DNA of 64,000 nt from a bacterium (GTDB lineage Bacteria > Zhuqueibacterota > Zhuqueibacteria > Residuimicrobiales > Krinioviventaceae): the NCBI GenBank assembly GCA_963675755.2, contig CAXXMD010000002.1, forward strand, positions 992,001 through 1,056,000, given 5' to 3'. Below the pieces are notes generated by a model. It worked only from the letters and a program-made list of their open reading frames with translations, ran no database searches and was not told where the DNA came from. The number at the start of each line of letters is the position of its first letter. The stretch's first letter is position 1. A program made the translations under genes and the position numbers. Shown here one piece after another: positions 50,761 through 60,523 of the stretch.

Positions 50761-51541
50761 CTAATCGGTTCTCATCTACTCCTGCGGTCTGTTCTCTCTG
50801 ACTTGGTGAAAGAATGGACAGCAATTTATCGTTCAGCAATCTCGGGTTATCACCAGCTTGTATAGAATAAATGGCATTAACAATGAGTTGTTTTACAGCT
50901 ATTTCTTGTTCTGATCTTGCTGCTAACTTTGATGACATGGGTATAAAAATCAAATTTGCAAATATACTTCCATAAAAAGTAGTTACCAATGCAGTTGCCA
51001 TACCCACACCAATCTGTGAAGGATCACTTAATGATGAAAGCATCTGGATCAATCCAATAAGCGTTCCAACCATACCAAAGGCAGGACACAAAGCACCCAT
51101 AGTTTTGAACATTTGCTGGCCAATTTGATGGCGTTCTTCAATATGGTTCATTTCCATAACAAGAATATCATTAATTACTTCTTTCTTGATACCATCCACC
51201 ATTAATTGAATACCTTTTCTGGTAAAATTATCATTGGTTGCATAAATATCTTCTTCCAAAGCAAGTAAACCATCTTTTCTCGCTTTACGTGAAAGTACAT
51301 ACCAGAATTCAACAGTTTCCTGTATTGAATCCAGCTTTTCGGTGAATGCGTTTTTAGAAATTTTAATAACCTTAACAACATCACTTACCGGATGACTTAC
51401 AAAAGTTGCGGCAACTGTACCACCCATTACAATCACAAAAGAAGGAAAATTAAAGAAAAATTGCCATCCCTGACCTAAAAAGATCATTGCAAAGATCAAA
51501 ACAAAACCGGATGACATTCCAATGACTGTACCTTTGTCCAT
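50753..51541 (-). CDS. motA: Stator A subunit (MotA/PomA type)
   Basis: ARKDGLLALE, PAFGMVGTLIGLI, ALVTTFYG. Confidence 0.96.
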   Translation of the reverse strand: MDKGTVIGMSSGFVLIFAMIFLGQGWQFFFNFPSFVIVMGGTVAATFVSHPVSDVVKVIKISKNAFTEKLDSIQETVEFWYVLSRKARKDGLLALEEDIYATNDNFTRKGIQLMVDGIKKEVINDILVMEMNHIEERHQIGQQMFKTMGALCPAFGMVGTLIGLIQMLSSLSDPSQIGVGMATALVTTFYGSIFANLIFIPMSSKLAARSEQEIAVKQLIVNAIYSIQAGDNPRLLNDKLLSILSPSQREQTAGVDENRLDE

Positions 51542-51596
51542 AACTAACCATTTATTTTTATATAGTGACTATACAATTAAGTTTTATACATTATTA

Positions 51597-51623
51597 TTAT
51601 CGGTAAAACCCGTATAAACTTGA
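51597..51623 (-). promoter_or_regulatory. Sigma28 promoter of motAB-fliL
   Basis: TCAAGTTT-N11-ACCGATAA immediately after the flgE terminator. Confidence 0.75.
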
Positions 51624-51625
51624 AT

Positions 51626-51662
51626 TAAAAGAAAACGGGGGCGAGCTTTTTTACTCACCCCC
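51626..51662 (-). terminator. Intrinsic terminator after flgE
   Basis: GGGGGTGAGT-loop-GCTCGCCCCC followed by GTTTTCTTTT on the minus strand. Confidence 0.85.
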
Positions 51663-51670
51663 TATTTATA

Positions 51671-53707
51671 TTATCTTGTTTTCAATTGAACAATTTCATT
51701 CAACAAGGTATCACTGGTTGTGATAATACGTGAATTTGCCTGAAAACCTCTCTGAGAAATAATCATATTTGCAAATTCTTCAGCAAGGTCAACATTAGAC
51801 ATTTCAAGATTTTCAGGTGCTATTTCAGCCTGAATAGTTGAACCTGCCCAACCACGGACCGGCATACCACTATTGGCGCCAACCTGAAAAACATTTTCAC
51901 CAACTTGGTCAAAACCCTGAGGATTATTAACAGTTGCTACAGCAACCTGGGCGATTGTCTGACTTACACCATTGGTGAAATGTCCGGTAATTGTTCCGGT
52001 TTCATCAAATGAAAAGTCATAAAGTTCACCCATTCCGTAACCATCCTGCATACTGGGTACAGCAGAGGTAGTGCTGTTAAACTGGGTCAAGCCATTAAAG
52101 TAACCTGCTTCACCAGGATCAAGAACAACTTCCATTGTGGCAGAACCATCACCTGGTTCAAAAGTTAATGGATTACCATCCTCAATCTCAATTGCTGACA
52201 AACTACCATCAGGATTAAACTTACAATAGCCTCTGTTACCGGCGGTTGGTTCAATTGTACCATCATCAATAGTACATTCCCATTTCCACAAGTCAGGGTC
52301 AGTCAATGTTGAAATATTGGTGAACTCGATTTCCAATGTATGAGGCGTACCTTTGGAATCATAAATCAAAATACTTGTAGTATGTACACCTGCATCCTGA
52401 CCTTCAATTTGAGTATTGAATGTAGGAGTAGAAACAGAGTTGTAATTCTGGTCTGTCATACTGATAGCACAAGTACGCTCAGAAACACCAGCTTCTGCAT
52501 CTGATACAGTTACATTACCAGCAGAATCGATTGTAACTTCGGCACCAGGGAAAACGGAATCAATTGCTGCTAACAAATCACCAACAGTACTGGGGTTACC
52601 CATACCGTCAGCGTCAGCCTGGTAAACAAATACACCGGATTTACCATAACCATCTTTATCAGCACCGTTGATATTGATTTCATCACCATCAACAAGAACA
52701 CCGTCAAAAAATGGAACATCATTCAACGAAGTTGTTGCAGTTGTTCCATATTCAGTCCCGGTTATACCCAAAGTTGAACCTGCATCTGAAAAAGTACCGC
52801 CAATAGTAATAAAAGTATCAGCACCACCGGTATCAGTTGTACGGATTCTGAGATAATCCATATCATTTTCTGTTATAGATTCAGCAACAATTTCACTAGT
52901 TAACTGGCGTGTTGAATCTATCTGATTATTGATTTCAGCTACCAATTCTTTCAATGTACCATAAGTACCATTTGTAAGTGTCAAAGTAGCAGTTAAACTT
53001 TCATCAGCATCATCATCAATAGAAATCTCTATCTGATTATTTGTATCATCAATTACAATACCATTGGGATCAGCAGCCAAAACATCTGCCCAGGAATTCA
53101 CACTGGTTACTGCGGCATTCTTGGAATAGTCAGCAGCAAGAACTTTGGAAACTTTACTGGTATCAGAATTCAAATTACCTGTTAATTGAACCTGAGAAGT
53201 GGCCTGTGCAGGCGCTTTTTGGCCAAAAGGTAAAGCGATACTCGAAATATCTGTAGAATTGGTTAAATCGCCTGTAGCATCGGCTGTACGTCCCTGTACA
53301 CGAAGACCGGTATTTCCATATACCAAATAACCGCTGCTGTCAATGGTAAAATTACCTGCACGGGTAAAGTATTCCTGTTCGCCATCGCTGAGTAAAAAGA
53401 ATGCATCTCCATCAATAGCGAGATCCAGACTGCTGCCTGTACTTTGAAAATCTCCCTGGGTAAAAAGTTTATCAATACTACCTATTGACATACCAATACC
53501 AACATATTGGGGATTCACACCACCTGTAGCTGAAGAAGGTTGAGAACCAATGGTAAGAGCTTGGGAAAGGTTTTCTTCGAAATTTACACGAGCTGCCTTG
53601 TAAGCAGTTGTGTTAACATTTGCAATATTATTACCAATTACGTCTAACTGGACTTGATGATTACGAAGTCCAGAGACCCCTGCGTATAATGAACGTAACA
53701 TTTTCAT
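51671..53707 (-). CDS. flgE: Hook protein FlgE (large, 678 aa)
   Basis: MLRSLYAGVSGL, GNNIANVNT, LEMSNVDLAEEF...QRGFQANSRII. Confidence 0.97.
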   Translation of the reverse strand: MKMLRSLYAGVSGLRNHQVQLDVIGNNIANVNTTAYKAARVNFEENLSQALTIGSQPSSATGGVNPQYVGIGMSIGSIDKLFTQGDFQSTGSSLDLAIDGDAFFLLSDGEQEYFTRAGNFTIDSSGYLVYGNTGLRVQGRTADATGDLTNSTDISSIALPFGQKAPAQATSQVQLTGNLNSDTSKVSKVLAADYSKNAAVTSVNSWADVLAADPNGIVIDDTNNQIEISIDDDADESLTATLTLTNGTYGTLKELVAEINNQIDSTRQLTSEIVAESITENDMDYLRIRTTDTGGADTFITIGGTFSDAGSTLGITGTEYGTTATTSLNDVPFFDGVLVDGDEININGADKDGYGKSGVFVYQADADGMGNPSTVGDLLAAIDSVFPGAEVTIDSAGNVTVSDAEAGVSERTCAISMTDQNYNSVSTPTFNTQIEGQDAGVHTTSILIYDSKGTPHTLEIEFTNISTLTDPDLWKWECTIDDGTIEPTAGNRGYCKFNPDGSLSAIEIEDGNPLTFEPGDGSATMEVVLDPGEAGYFNGLTQFNSTTSAVPSMQDGYGMGELYDFSFDETGTITGHFTNGVSQTIAQVAVATVNNPQGFDQVGENVFQVGANSGMPVRGWAGSTIQAEIAPENLEMSNVDLAEEFANMIISQRGFQANSRIITTSDTLLNEIVQLKTR

Positions 53708-53725
53708 ATCTCCTTAAATAGAGTT

Positions 53726-53781
53726 CTAAAACCGCATCTGTCATTCAGCGGTTTAGAGCCTCCCACTTGGGGTCCGGCCCT
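53726..53781 (-). ncRNA. Candidate cis-regulatory structured RNA in the flgE leader
   Basis: Two adjacent GC-rich hairpins: GGGCC-GGA-CCC(CAAGT)GGG-A-GGCTC and AAACCGC(TGAATGACAGAT)GCGGTTT, just 5' of the SD AAGGAG. Confidence 0.6.
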
Positions 53782-53792
53782 TTTAATTCAAA

Positions 53793-54197
53793 TTAATTAA
53801 TTACTAGTGCACTATCGATATTTGTGAACACATTTTCACGTAAACCTTCACTGTCCATGGCAGTGATCACAGTTCGATTCGCAGCACTGACAACAAAGGC
53901 ATTGTTATCCATAAGAATCAGGGATTCATTTCCGCCTTTTTCAAGAATTTTGTCAATGCCGTTTTGCAATCGCATTCGGTCTTCATCAGATAATTGAATA
54001 TTCCTTTCCTGAATACGATTTTGCGCGTGTACGGAAAACTTTAGATCATCAGTCTGTTGACTGGTTTGTTGATCAAGAATTTCCTGAAAACTGGTTCCGA
54101 TTTGTGCCTGAGCATTAATACTTTTCTTAATTCGCTCAGCACCTGACGGTCCTCGGATACCAGAAATATTGTTTATGTTCTCAGGCAAAAAACTCAC
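53793..54197 (-). CDS. TIGR02530-like flagellar operon protein
   Basis: SFQEIL, LKFSVHAQNRIQERNI, NRTVITAMD, NVFTNIDSA; lies between flgD and flgE. Confidence 0.85.
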   Translation of the reverse strand: MSFLPENINNISGIRGPSGAERIKKSINAQAQIGTSFQEILDQQTSQQTDDLKFSVHAQNRIQERNIQLSDEDRMRLQNGIDKILEKGGNESLILMDNNAFVVSAANRTVITAMDSEGLRENVFTNIDSALVIN

Positions 54198-54216
54198 CTC
54201 CTTTCAAAGATTTTTT

Positions 54217-54912
54217 TTATGATTCAGTATCTGTATTTTCTTCACTTTCTTCTGCTGCAACAATTTCAAGTACTTCACTGATAGAAATCTCTGCATCTCC
54301 GACCATAAAAGTTGGGGTGCCATCATTATAACGCAATCCAGTGACCGTTCCACGGAAAACGGGAACAAAATCAACCTTTTCACCACTGTCGTTATATGCT
54401 GCAACATCCATATAATAAACACCTTCGCTCACAGTACCACCACCTAAATTGGTACCATCCCAGGTTGCGGTTACATTTCCAGCATTCTGGTAATCCAAAT
54501 CAATTGTTTTAACCAGACTACCATCTTCAGTGTATATGGATACAGTTACATCTGAAGCATCTTCAGCTAGAGTAAATTCGACCTCTTTTTCACCACTTCC
54601 TGACCAAATGACAGAATCTGACTGGGCAAGAATATCTTTACCAATTACCGAAGACACTATAGAGTTATGCATTGACTGTGTCAGGTATGCATCTGTCTCA
54701 AGCTGTTCATTCACTGTATATAACTGTTCAAGTGAACTAAACTGTGCCAATTGGGCAACATACTCTGTGTTGTCCATAGGGTCTAAGGGATCCTGATATT
54801 TTAATTCAGTAACCATCAGGTTCAAAAAAGCATCTTTATCCATTTCACTGGATGCCGAGCTATCTGAATTTACACTGTATTCGTAATATGTACCAACCGA
54901 TGAAATTGGCAT
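54217..54912 (-). CDS. flgD: Hook cap FlgD
   Basis: FLNLMVTELKYQDPLDPMDN...QLAQFSSLEQL; Ig domain with WDG. Confidence 0.96.
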   Translation of the reverse strand: MPISSVGTYYEYSVNSDSSASSEMDKDAFLNLMVTELKYQDPLDPMDNTEYVAQLAQFSSLEQLYTVNEQLETDAYLTQSMHNSIVSSVIGKDILAQSDSVIWSGSGEKEVEFTLAEDASDVTVSIYTEDGSLVKTIDLDYQNAGNVTATWDGTNLGGGTVSEGVYYMDVAAYNDSGEKVDFVPVFRGTVTGLRYNDGTPTFMVGDAEISISEVLEIVAAEESEENTDTES

Positions 54913-54927
54913 AATAAACTCCTAAAT

Positions 54928-57900
54928 TTAAGCAAGGGTTTCATATACAGATTGAAACTCTGTATACTGTTTATCCGAGTTTCTGCTTTTTGAAATGGCA
55001 GAATTGTTTTGATTATTTTGCTGTTCCTGTCGCTGCCTGTTAAATGCATGCTGTCTTGACGCATCCTGCTGATCTGAATTCTCTGAATAGACAATGCGTA
55101 ATTCCTGTACCTGGATCTGAGATTTTGATAATGTTTGTCGTAATTCCGGCATTGCCTGTTCGAGCATACGTTGTGACTGTTCGGACTGAACTTTTAACAC
55201 AACCTGCACATCATTGTCTTGTTTAGTTAATTCTATTCTTATCAAACCCAATTCTGCAGTGCGAGCGCTTAGAGACAATTTCTCGTCAGCATTACGAGTC
55301 AACAACATCTCATATCCTTCATGGATCTGTTGACTGAGATATGATAACTCAGATTTGGAAGCAACAAGTGTTGCATTCATCTGACTTGAAAATGTTGCAT
55401 TGTTAACAGCAGAATTTGAAAATACTGTCTGACCTTTAAAATTTGATTGATCAGAAAGATTCTGTTCATTAGAGCCCATATCTTTTTGAAAATCTTCTGT
55501 AACAGCTTTTTCAGTAACCAGAGTTACAGGTTTGCCTGTTTGGGACTGATTCGAATTTGATTGCGATTTATTAACCGCTACGGATTTATTTTCAGATGGT
55601 GCAACATATACATGTTTATTTTCAACATTTTCCTTATCACTATTTACCTGTGATTGGAATGTTGTTTGAGTAGATACCTGTTTTTTAGTTGTATTCACAT
55701 CAGATTGTTCAACAGTTTGAGATGTTTCATTTACATTTTTCTCAATTTTAGCTATCATACTGCCTGTTACCTGACTTTTAGCTTTACCTTCTGAATCAGT
55801 AGATGAAAGTTGATTATCAGTTTCTTTCAAATCCGCATTACTCGCTTCTATACTACGGGTATTGGGCACAGCAAGCCTGGATTGAATTGTTTTATTTGTA
55901 TCAACTTTTGTTTGAGGTTCAGTTGCAGTTTTATCAAGTATAGTATTTTCATTAGATTTTGTATTATCCTGATTGATTTCTGTAATATTCTGATTCTGCA
56001 AAACCGTTTTATTATCCTGACTCTGAATTTTATTGTATTTGCTTTCAGTTTTTGGTGCAATAATTTTTTCAGGTTTTTCATCCAATACAGAATTCGATTT
56101 ACCTTTAACCGATTCAGTTTCAATATGTGAAATTGTTTTATATTCATTTTCACTTTTAACAGATACTGTTGCTGTTTTTATGGAATCTTTAGTTGCAAAA
56201 GTAGTAGTGACTTTTTTGTTTGAAACAGTACTGGTTGCCTTTTCCGGTGTTGTTTTCTCAATAATAACAGACTCTTTCTTTTGCCCGGCTAAATTATCAA
56301 CAATGCTTGGGGATTTTTTAGGTTCAGTATTATTTTTCGCAATAGAATCAGCTACAGCTTTATCATTCTGGGTAGAAACTGCCAAAGATTCCTGACCTTT
56401 TGATGAAACTACTTTTTTATCACTTTTTTCATTAACAAGTGTATTTTTTTGTTTATGATTTTGAACAGTTTCATTAACAATCGGTTTTATTTCTCCATCT
56501 GTATCAGTTATTAACTGCTTATTACTCTCATCCACTTGAACACTGTTGTCAATAATTGAAGCATTATTAGCAACTTTGGCTGGATTTGATTTATTTAATA
56601 CAGTCAAAGGTTTCTGATTTTCAGAATTTGTTACATTAACATTAGTATTATTTGCAACAATCTGTTCTTTTGCTTCAGCAACGGTTTGATTTAAAGTAGT
56701 ATTGGAAACTGCATTATTTTTAACCTGTGCTGTTTTTGCTTTAACAACTGATTGTGCTGGTGTAGAAACATTTTGAATTTTATTTTCATCATTAATTACT
56801 GAACTTTTAATTACATTGCTGACCGAATCACTTTTACTCTCTACCAATGGTGTAGCTGGTTGTGTTTTGGCAACATTATCAGATTGATTAGATTTCACAA
56901 TAAATTGCTTAATCTTGGTAATCACATTCTTGGTATCTACACCTTGATCATTTTTAGAAACAGACTTGACATCCGTATTTTTATCATTAGTTTTGATAGA
57001 TTCAGGTTTTGAATAGGTCATCAACTTCATTTCTCTTTTTGCCGCAAGCTTGTTAATTTCCGTATCAGCAAAAATATTCGTTTTAATTTCTTCAGGTATA
57101 GATTCAACTTTAACATTTGAATTGTTGGATGTAACTGTATCGATCTTTTTACTTTCGACTGTGTTTTGTTGAACTGCTACAGGTTTTGTATTTACTGTCT
57201 TGATAGTATTGACTTTAACAGAATCTGTAACCGGTTTAACAGATTCTATTTGTTTATCAGTACTAACTGATTGTACTGATGATTTGTTTTCTGCAGGAAC
57301 CTGATTTTGTTCAGTTGCAGTTTTCTGTATAGAAGGACTGGTTACATCAGCTTTATTATTTACAGTATTTTTAACAGTAGGTTCTATATTGATTTTATTA
57401 TCAGCTTTTTGCACAATTTTTGAATTGTCAGGAACCAGAGTTTCCTTTTTATTTGCTGTTATTACATTCCGAGTTTTTGACTCTGAATTTGCCAACGAAA
57501 CTTTATCATTTCGGACAATAGATTTATTTCCATCTTGAACAATTTCTTGAATCCGTGCATTGTTCATATCAGTCGATTTAGCAGTTACATTTTCTGATTT
57601 ACTATAGCTAACAGATTCAATAGCAGGATCAGACATTCTCAAAGATTCAGCTTTAACTTCATTACGGCCATTGTTTTGCAAAATTTTTATTAACTCTTTT
57701 GTATCAGCAGATTTAATCTCTTTTGTTTCAAGATTATTTTGAGTCTGAAGCTTGTTCGATATTTGATTATCAACTATATTTTCAACTTTGGGTGATGCTT
57801 GCAAATCATTTTTTACTGTGGAATTATCTTGAACGGGTTTATTTACAACCACAGTTGTATCTTTTACATCTTTTGCATCAATAGTTTTACCGTTATCAAC

Positions 57901-59193
57901 TTTTACACTTGTTTCATTATCATTATTCTGTACAATTGGTGCAGAATTATTACGGATGCGTTCAACAACAGATACCGTTGAAGATTTTCTATTATTCTCG
58001 TTATTTATAAAAGCACTTGCTTCTTTAATGGATTGATTGTTATTGTTCAATACCGTTCTAGTTTCTTCACTTTGTGAATCAGATATCTTTTGTTCATTTG
58101 TAGTCAAAGAATCTTTGGGTATTGATTTTACCTTCTCATCGGTTTTCAAGTTGATACTGTTGTCAACGGTTTCAATAATAGTATTCTTAACAATAGTTGA
58201 ATTTTCAGATTGGTTCTGTTTTTGTGACAATGGGATACTTGCATTCGTAGTTTTTTTCTCGCCAGCATTGTCTAATTTTTCATCTGTAACTATTTTAGCA
58301 TCTGCTTTTACGGGCTGTATATCCTGATTACTTTTTTCAATTGTTGTTGCGGTTTTAACATTATTATTTATCACAGCAGTATTATTATCACTGTTTTGAT
58401 TTTCCTGTTTTATGACAGGAATTGAACTGGTTTTATTTGAATCACCTTTAATATTTTTTACTGATCCATGGGTATCATCAACTTTGACTGCTTGAAGCGG
58501 ACTATAACTTTTTTCAACAGATTTTGATTCTACTGTATCAATCATTTTTGCATCAGCATCTAATTGCTGTTTTTCAAAAATAGACACGGAATTCTTTAAA
58601 GTCACATCAGATTGTACCTGATTAGGTATACTAACAATATGTGGAGATTCAACAGTATTTGATTCAACATGAGCTTTTGATGATTTTTTAGGTTCATCTG
58701 TTGTTTGATTATTAGATTCATCAATAATTTCAGTTTTACTCAGTTCATCAGTTTTTACAGCTTTATCATTTGATGCAGATTTGGATTTATTTCCTGAAAC
58801 AACAGTTTTCGCATCATTTTTCACAACTGTTTTAGATTCATCTTTTCCTGTTTTAACTGAAACGGCTGGATTTATAATAAATTGTCTTACACGTTCAGTA
58901 TTTTCTGCTTTGAGTGCATTGGTATTGATTTCAGCAGTATTCGAATCAGAATTATTCACATTGCTTGTTGATATATCAATATTTTTAGTTTGTGTACCAT
59001 TAACATTTTTACCAAAAGTTGAAACTGTAGATTTCTGAACAGATTGAGTACTTTTAACATTACCCAACATCTGTTTGAAAACAGAATTACCGGCAGATTC
59101 AGCGGTTGCCTGTTGTTTTCCGGAAAATATTTGCATCAATCCACTGTTTTTAAATTTACTAAACAATTTCCCGATGCTTGTCATCTGTTTCAT
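54928..59193 (-). CDS. fliK: Hook-length control protein FliK, exceptionally long (1421 aa)
   Basis: Low-complexity body; C-terminal AELGLIRIEL...MLEQAMPELRQTL domain plus a Q-rich tail; immediately upstream of flgD. Confidence 0.85.
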   Translation of the reverse strand: MKQMTSIGKLFSKFKNSGLMQIFSGKQQATAESAGNSVFKQMLGNVKSTQSVQKSTVSTFGKNVNGTQTKNIDISTSNVNNSDSNTAEINTNALKAENTERVRQFIINPAVSVKTGKDESKTVVKNDAKTVVSGNKSKSASNDKAVKTDELSKTEIIDESNNQTTDEPKKSSKAHVESNTVESPHIVSIPNQVQSDVTLKNSVSIFEKQQLDADAKMIDTVESKSVEKSYSPLQAVKVDDTHGSVKNIKGDSNKTSSIPVIKQENQNSDNNTAVINNNVKTATTIEKSNQDIQPVKADAKIVTDEKLDNAGEKKTTNASIPLSQKQNQSENSTIVKNTIIETVDNSINLKTDEKVKSIPKDSLTTNEQKISDSQSEETRTVLNNNNQSIKEASAFINNENNRKSSTVSVVERIRNNSAPIVQNNDNETSVKVDNGKTIDAKDVKDTTVVVNKPVQDNSTVKNDLQASPKVENIVDNQISNKLQTQNNLETKEIKSADTKELIKILQNNGRNEVKAESLRMSDPAIESVSYSKSENVTAKSTDMNNARIQEIVQDGNKSIVRNDKVSLANSESKTRNVITANKKETLVPDNSKIVQKADNKINIEPTVKNTVNNKADVTSPSIQKTATEQNQVPAENKSSVQSVSTDKQIESVKPVTDSVKVNTIKTVNTKPVAVQQNTVESKKIDTVTSNNSNVKVESIPEEIKTNIFADTEINKLAAKREMKLMTYSKPESIKTNDKNTDVKSVSKNDQGVDTKNVITKIKQFIVKSNQSDNVAKTQPATPLVESKSDSVSNVIKSSVINDENKIQNVSTPAQSVVKAKTAQVKNNAVSNTTLNQTVAEAKEQIVANNTNVNVTNSENQKPLTVLNKSNPAKVANNASIIDNSVQVDESNKQLITDTDGEIKPIVNETVQNHKQKNTLVNEKSDKKVVSSKGQESLAVSTQNDKAVADSIAKNNTEPKKSPSIVDNLAGQKKESVIIEKTTPEKATSTVSNKKVTTTFATKDSIKTATVSVKSENEYKTISHIETESVKGKSNSVLDEKPEKIIAPKTESKYNKIQSQDNKTVLQNQNITEINQDNTKSNENTILDKTATEPQTKVDTNKTIQSRLAVPNTRSIEASNADLKETDNQLSSTDSEGKAKSQVTGSMIAKIEKNVNETSQTVEQSDVNTTKKQVSTQTTFQSQVNSDKENVENKHVYVAPSENKSVAVNKSQSNSNQSQTGKPVTLVTEKAVTEDFQKDMGSNEQNLSDQSNFKGQTVFSNSAVNNATFSSQMNATLVASKSELSYLSQQIHEGYEMLLTRNADEKLSLSARTAELGLIRIELTKQDNDVQVVLKVQSEQSQRMLEQAMPELRQTLSKSQIQVQELRIVYSENSDQQDASRQHAFNRQRQEQQNNQNNSAISKSRNSDKQYTEFQSVYETLA

Positions 59194-59204
59194 GCCAGTC
59201 TCCT

Positions 59205-60050
59205 CTACTGCACCATATACTTACAAATCTGTGTTGCTTTCCCAGGCTCCATTGCTTCAAGTATTTTGGCTGCCTGTCTCTCACGTATTTTCATTAACAT
59301 TTGCGCAGCGGTTTCAGAATCAAAATCAGCAAGAATCGTTGCTGCTTGTTTGGGTTTCATTGAACTATAAATTTTTGCACTATTTGCCAAAGCCTTATCA
59401 CGCTCTATCTTTTCCTGTTCAAGCTTGGCCAGTCTTGCCTGTTCTTTTTTAGCTTCAAGTTCCTGTTCAAGCTTTTTTTCTTCTATACTTGGAGTTGTAT
59501 CTTGAACAACAATTGTTTTGGGCTCTACTAACTTTAGTGAATCCAGTTCCTGTGACATCTGTTCGATATCAGCAGCTTGTTTTTTCAAATTTCTTAATTC
59601 ACTCCAGAGAAAATCAATTTCACGTTTCCTGCGACCATTTTCCATTTTGAGAATTTGCATATGATCTTCAACGGTTAAAAAACCTTCAGGAGGTACATAA
59701 TAGCCATTACCTTTTACGGTATCACCCAAAGATATTTCATGAATTGAATTTGAATCCACAGGGGCCATAGCCAAAGAATCAACATTCATGGTGGAATCCA
59801 CATCAACTACTGATTGATTTTGAAAAAGATCAAATGAATTTTGGTTTCGTTTATGAACTATAAAATACATAAATACAAATACAATAAAGAATGACCACAT
59901 TAGTGCAATACCCCACATGAGCAAATTCTTGGGGAGCCATTTTTTACCGCCTTCATCGTAATCATCAAAATCGGTAGGACCAAAATCCTCTACCTCTTCA
60001 TTCAAATCACTGGATTCATCATCAAATTGATTTTCGAATTCTTCATCCAT
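59205..60050 (-). CDS. MotE/YlxF/FlbB-like protein (TM, coiled coil, MgtE-N-like domain)
   Basis: AKIYSSMKPKQAATIL...AAKILEAMEP; lies between fliJ and fliK. Confidence 0.8.
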   Translation of the reverse strand: MDEEFENQFDDESSDLNEEVEDFGPTDFDDYDEGGKKWLPKNLLMWGIALMWSFFIVFVFMYFIVHKRNQNSFDLFQNQSVVDVDSTMNVDSLAMAPVDSNSIHEISLGDTVKGNGYYVPPEGFLTVEDHMQILKMENGRRKREIDFLWSELRNLKKQAADIEQMSQELDSLKLVEPKTIVVQDTTPSIEEKKLEQELEAKKEQARLAKLEQEKIERDKALANSAKIYSSMKPKQAATILADFDSETAAQMLMKIRERQAAKILEAMEPGKATQICKYMVQ

Positions 60051-60053
60051 ATT

Positions 60054-60506
60054 CTATACTCTGTTACGTTTTCTAATTGAATCAATTACTGCGACCTCGT
60101 CAATGAACTTTTGTTCTTCAGCTTCGGCCAATTTCATATAACTTTCATATTGTTTTTCATCAAGCTTTTCAAGTATCTTTTTGTCTTTTTGTGCAGATAT
60201 TGCTTGAATTATTTTTTCATTTACAACTTTTTGTGCCTTTTGAATATTTTCAACTTGTAACTGTTTAAGTAATTGTTTCCCATCAATATTTCTATAGACT
60301 GTATTTAACAAAACAGACGACTGATGTTGTTCTTTTAATAATTGAATTAAAGCATTAGCTTCCATCTCTTCAGCTTTTAGTTTTTCAAGCTTTTCCATTT
60401 CCTGGTTTAATTGCTGAAATGCCTCAGCCAATTCTTTTTGCTTTTCCTTTTCTCTAATCTTTCTGACTTTTAAGACTTGTTCAAGTGAAAATTTATATCG
60501 TTTCAA
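60054..60506 (-). CDS. fliJ: FliJ
   Basis: YKFSLEQVLKVR, KILEKLDEK, EEQKFIDE. Confidence 0.92.
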   Translation of the reverse strand: MKRYKFSLEQVLKVRKIREKEKQKELAEAFQQLNQEMEKLEKLKAEEMEANALIQLLKEQHQSSVLLNTVYRNIDGKQLLKQLQVENIQKAQKVVNEKIIQAISAQKDKKILEKLDEKQYESYMKLAEAEEQKFIDEVAVIDSIRKRNRV

Positions 60507-60523
60507 TATTCTATCCAGTCTGT

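Noticed and set aside
53726-53781. c-di-GMP riboswitch as the identity of the flgE leader
   Set aside because: It lacks the GNRA-loop/receptor layout of class I and the motifs of class II; kept as an unknown RNA.
54928-59193. The large low-complexity ORF as an adhesin or mobile insert
   Set aside because: Its position before flgD and its C-terminal domain indicate FliK; no transposase or terminal repeats.
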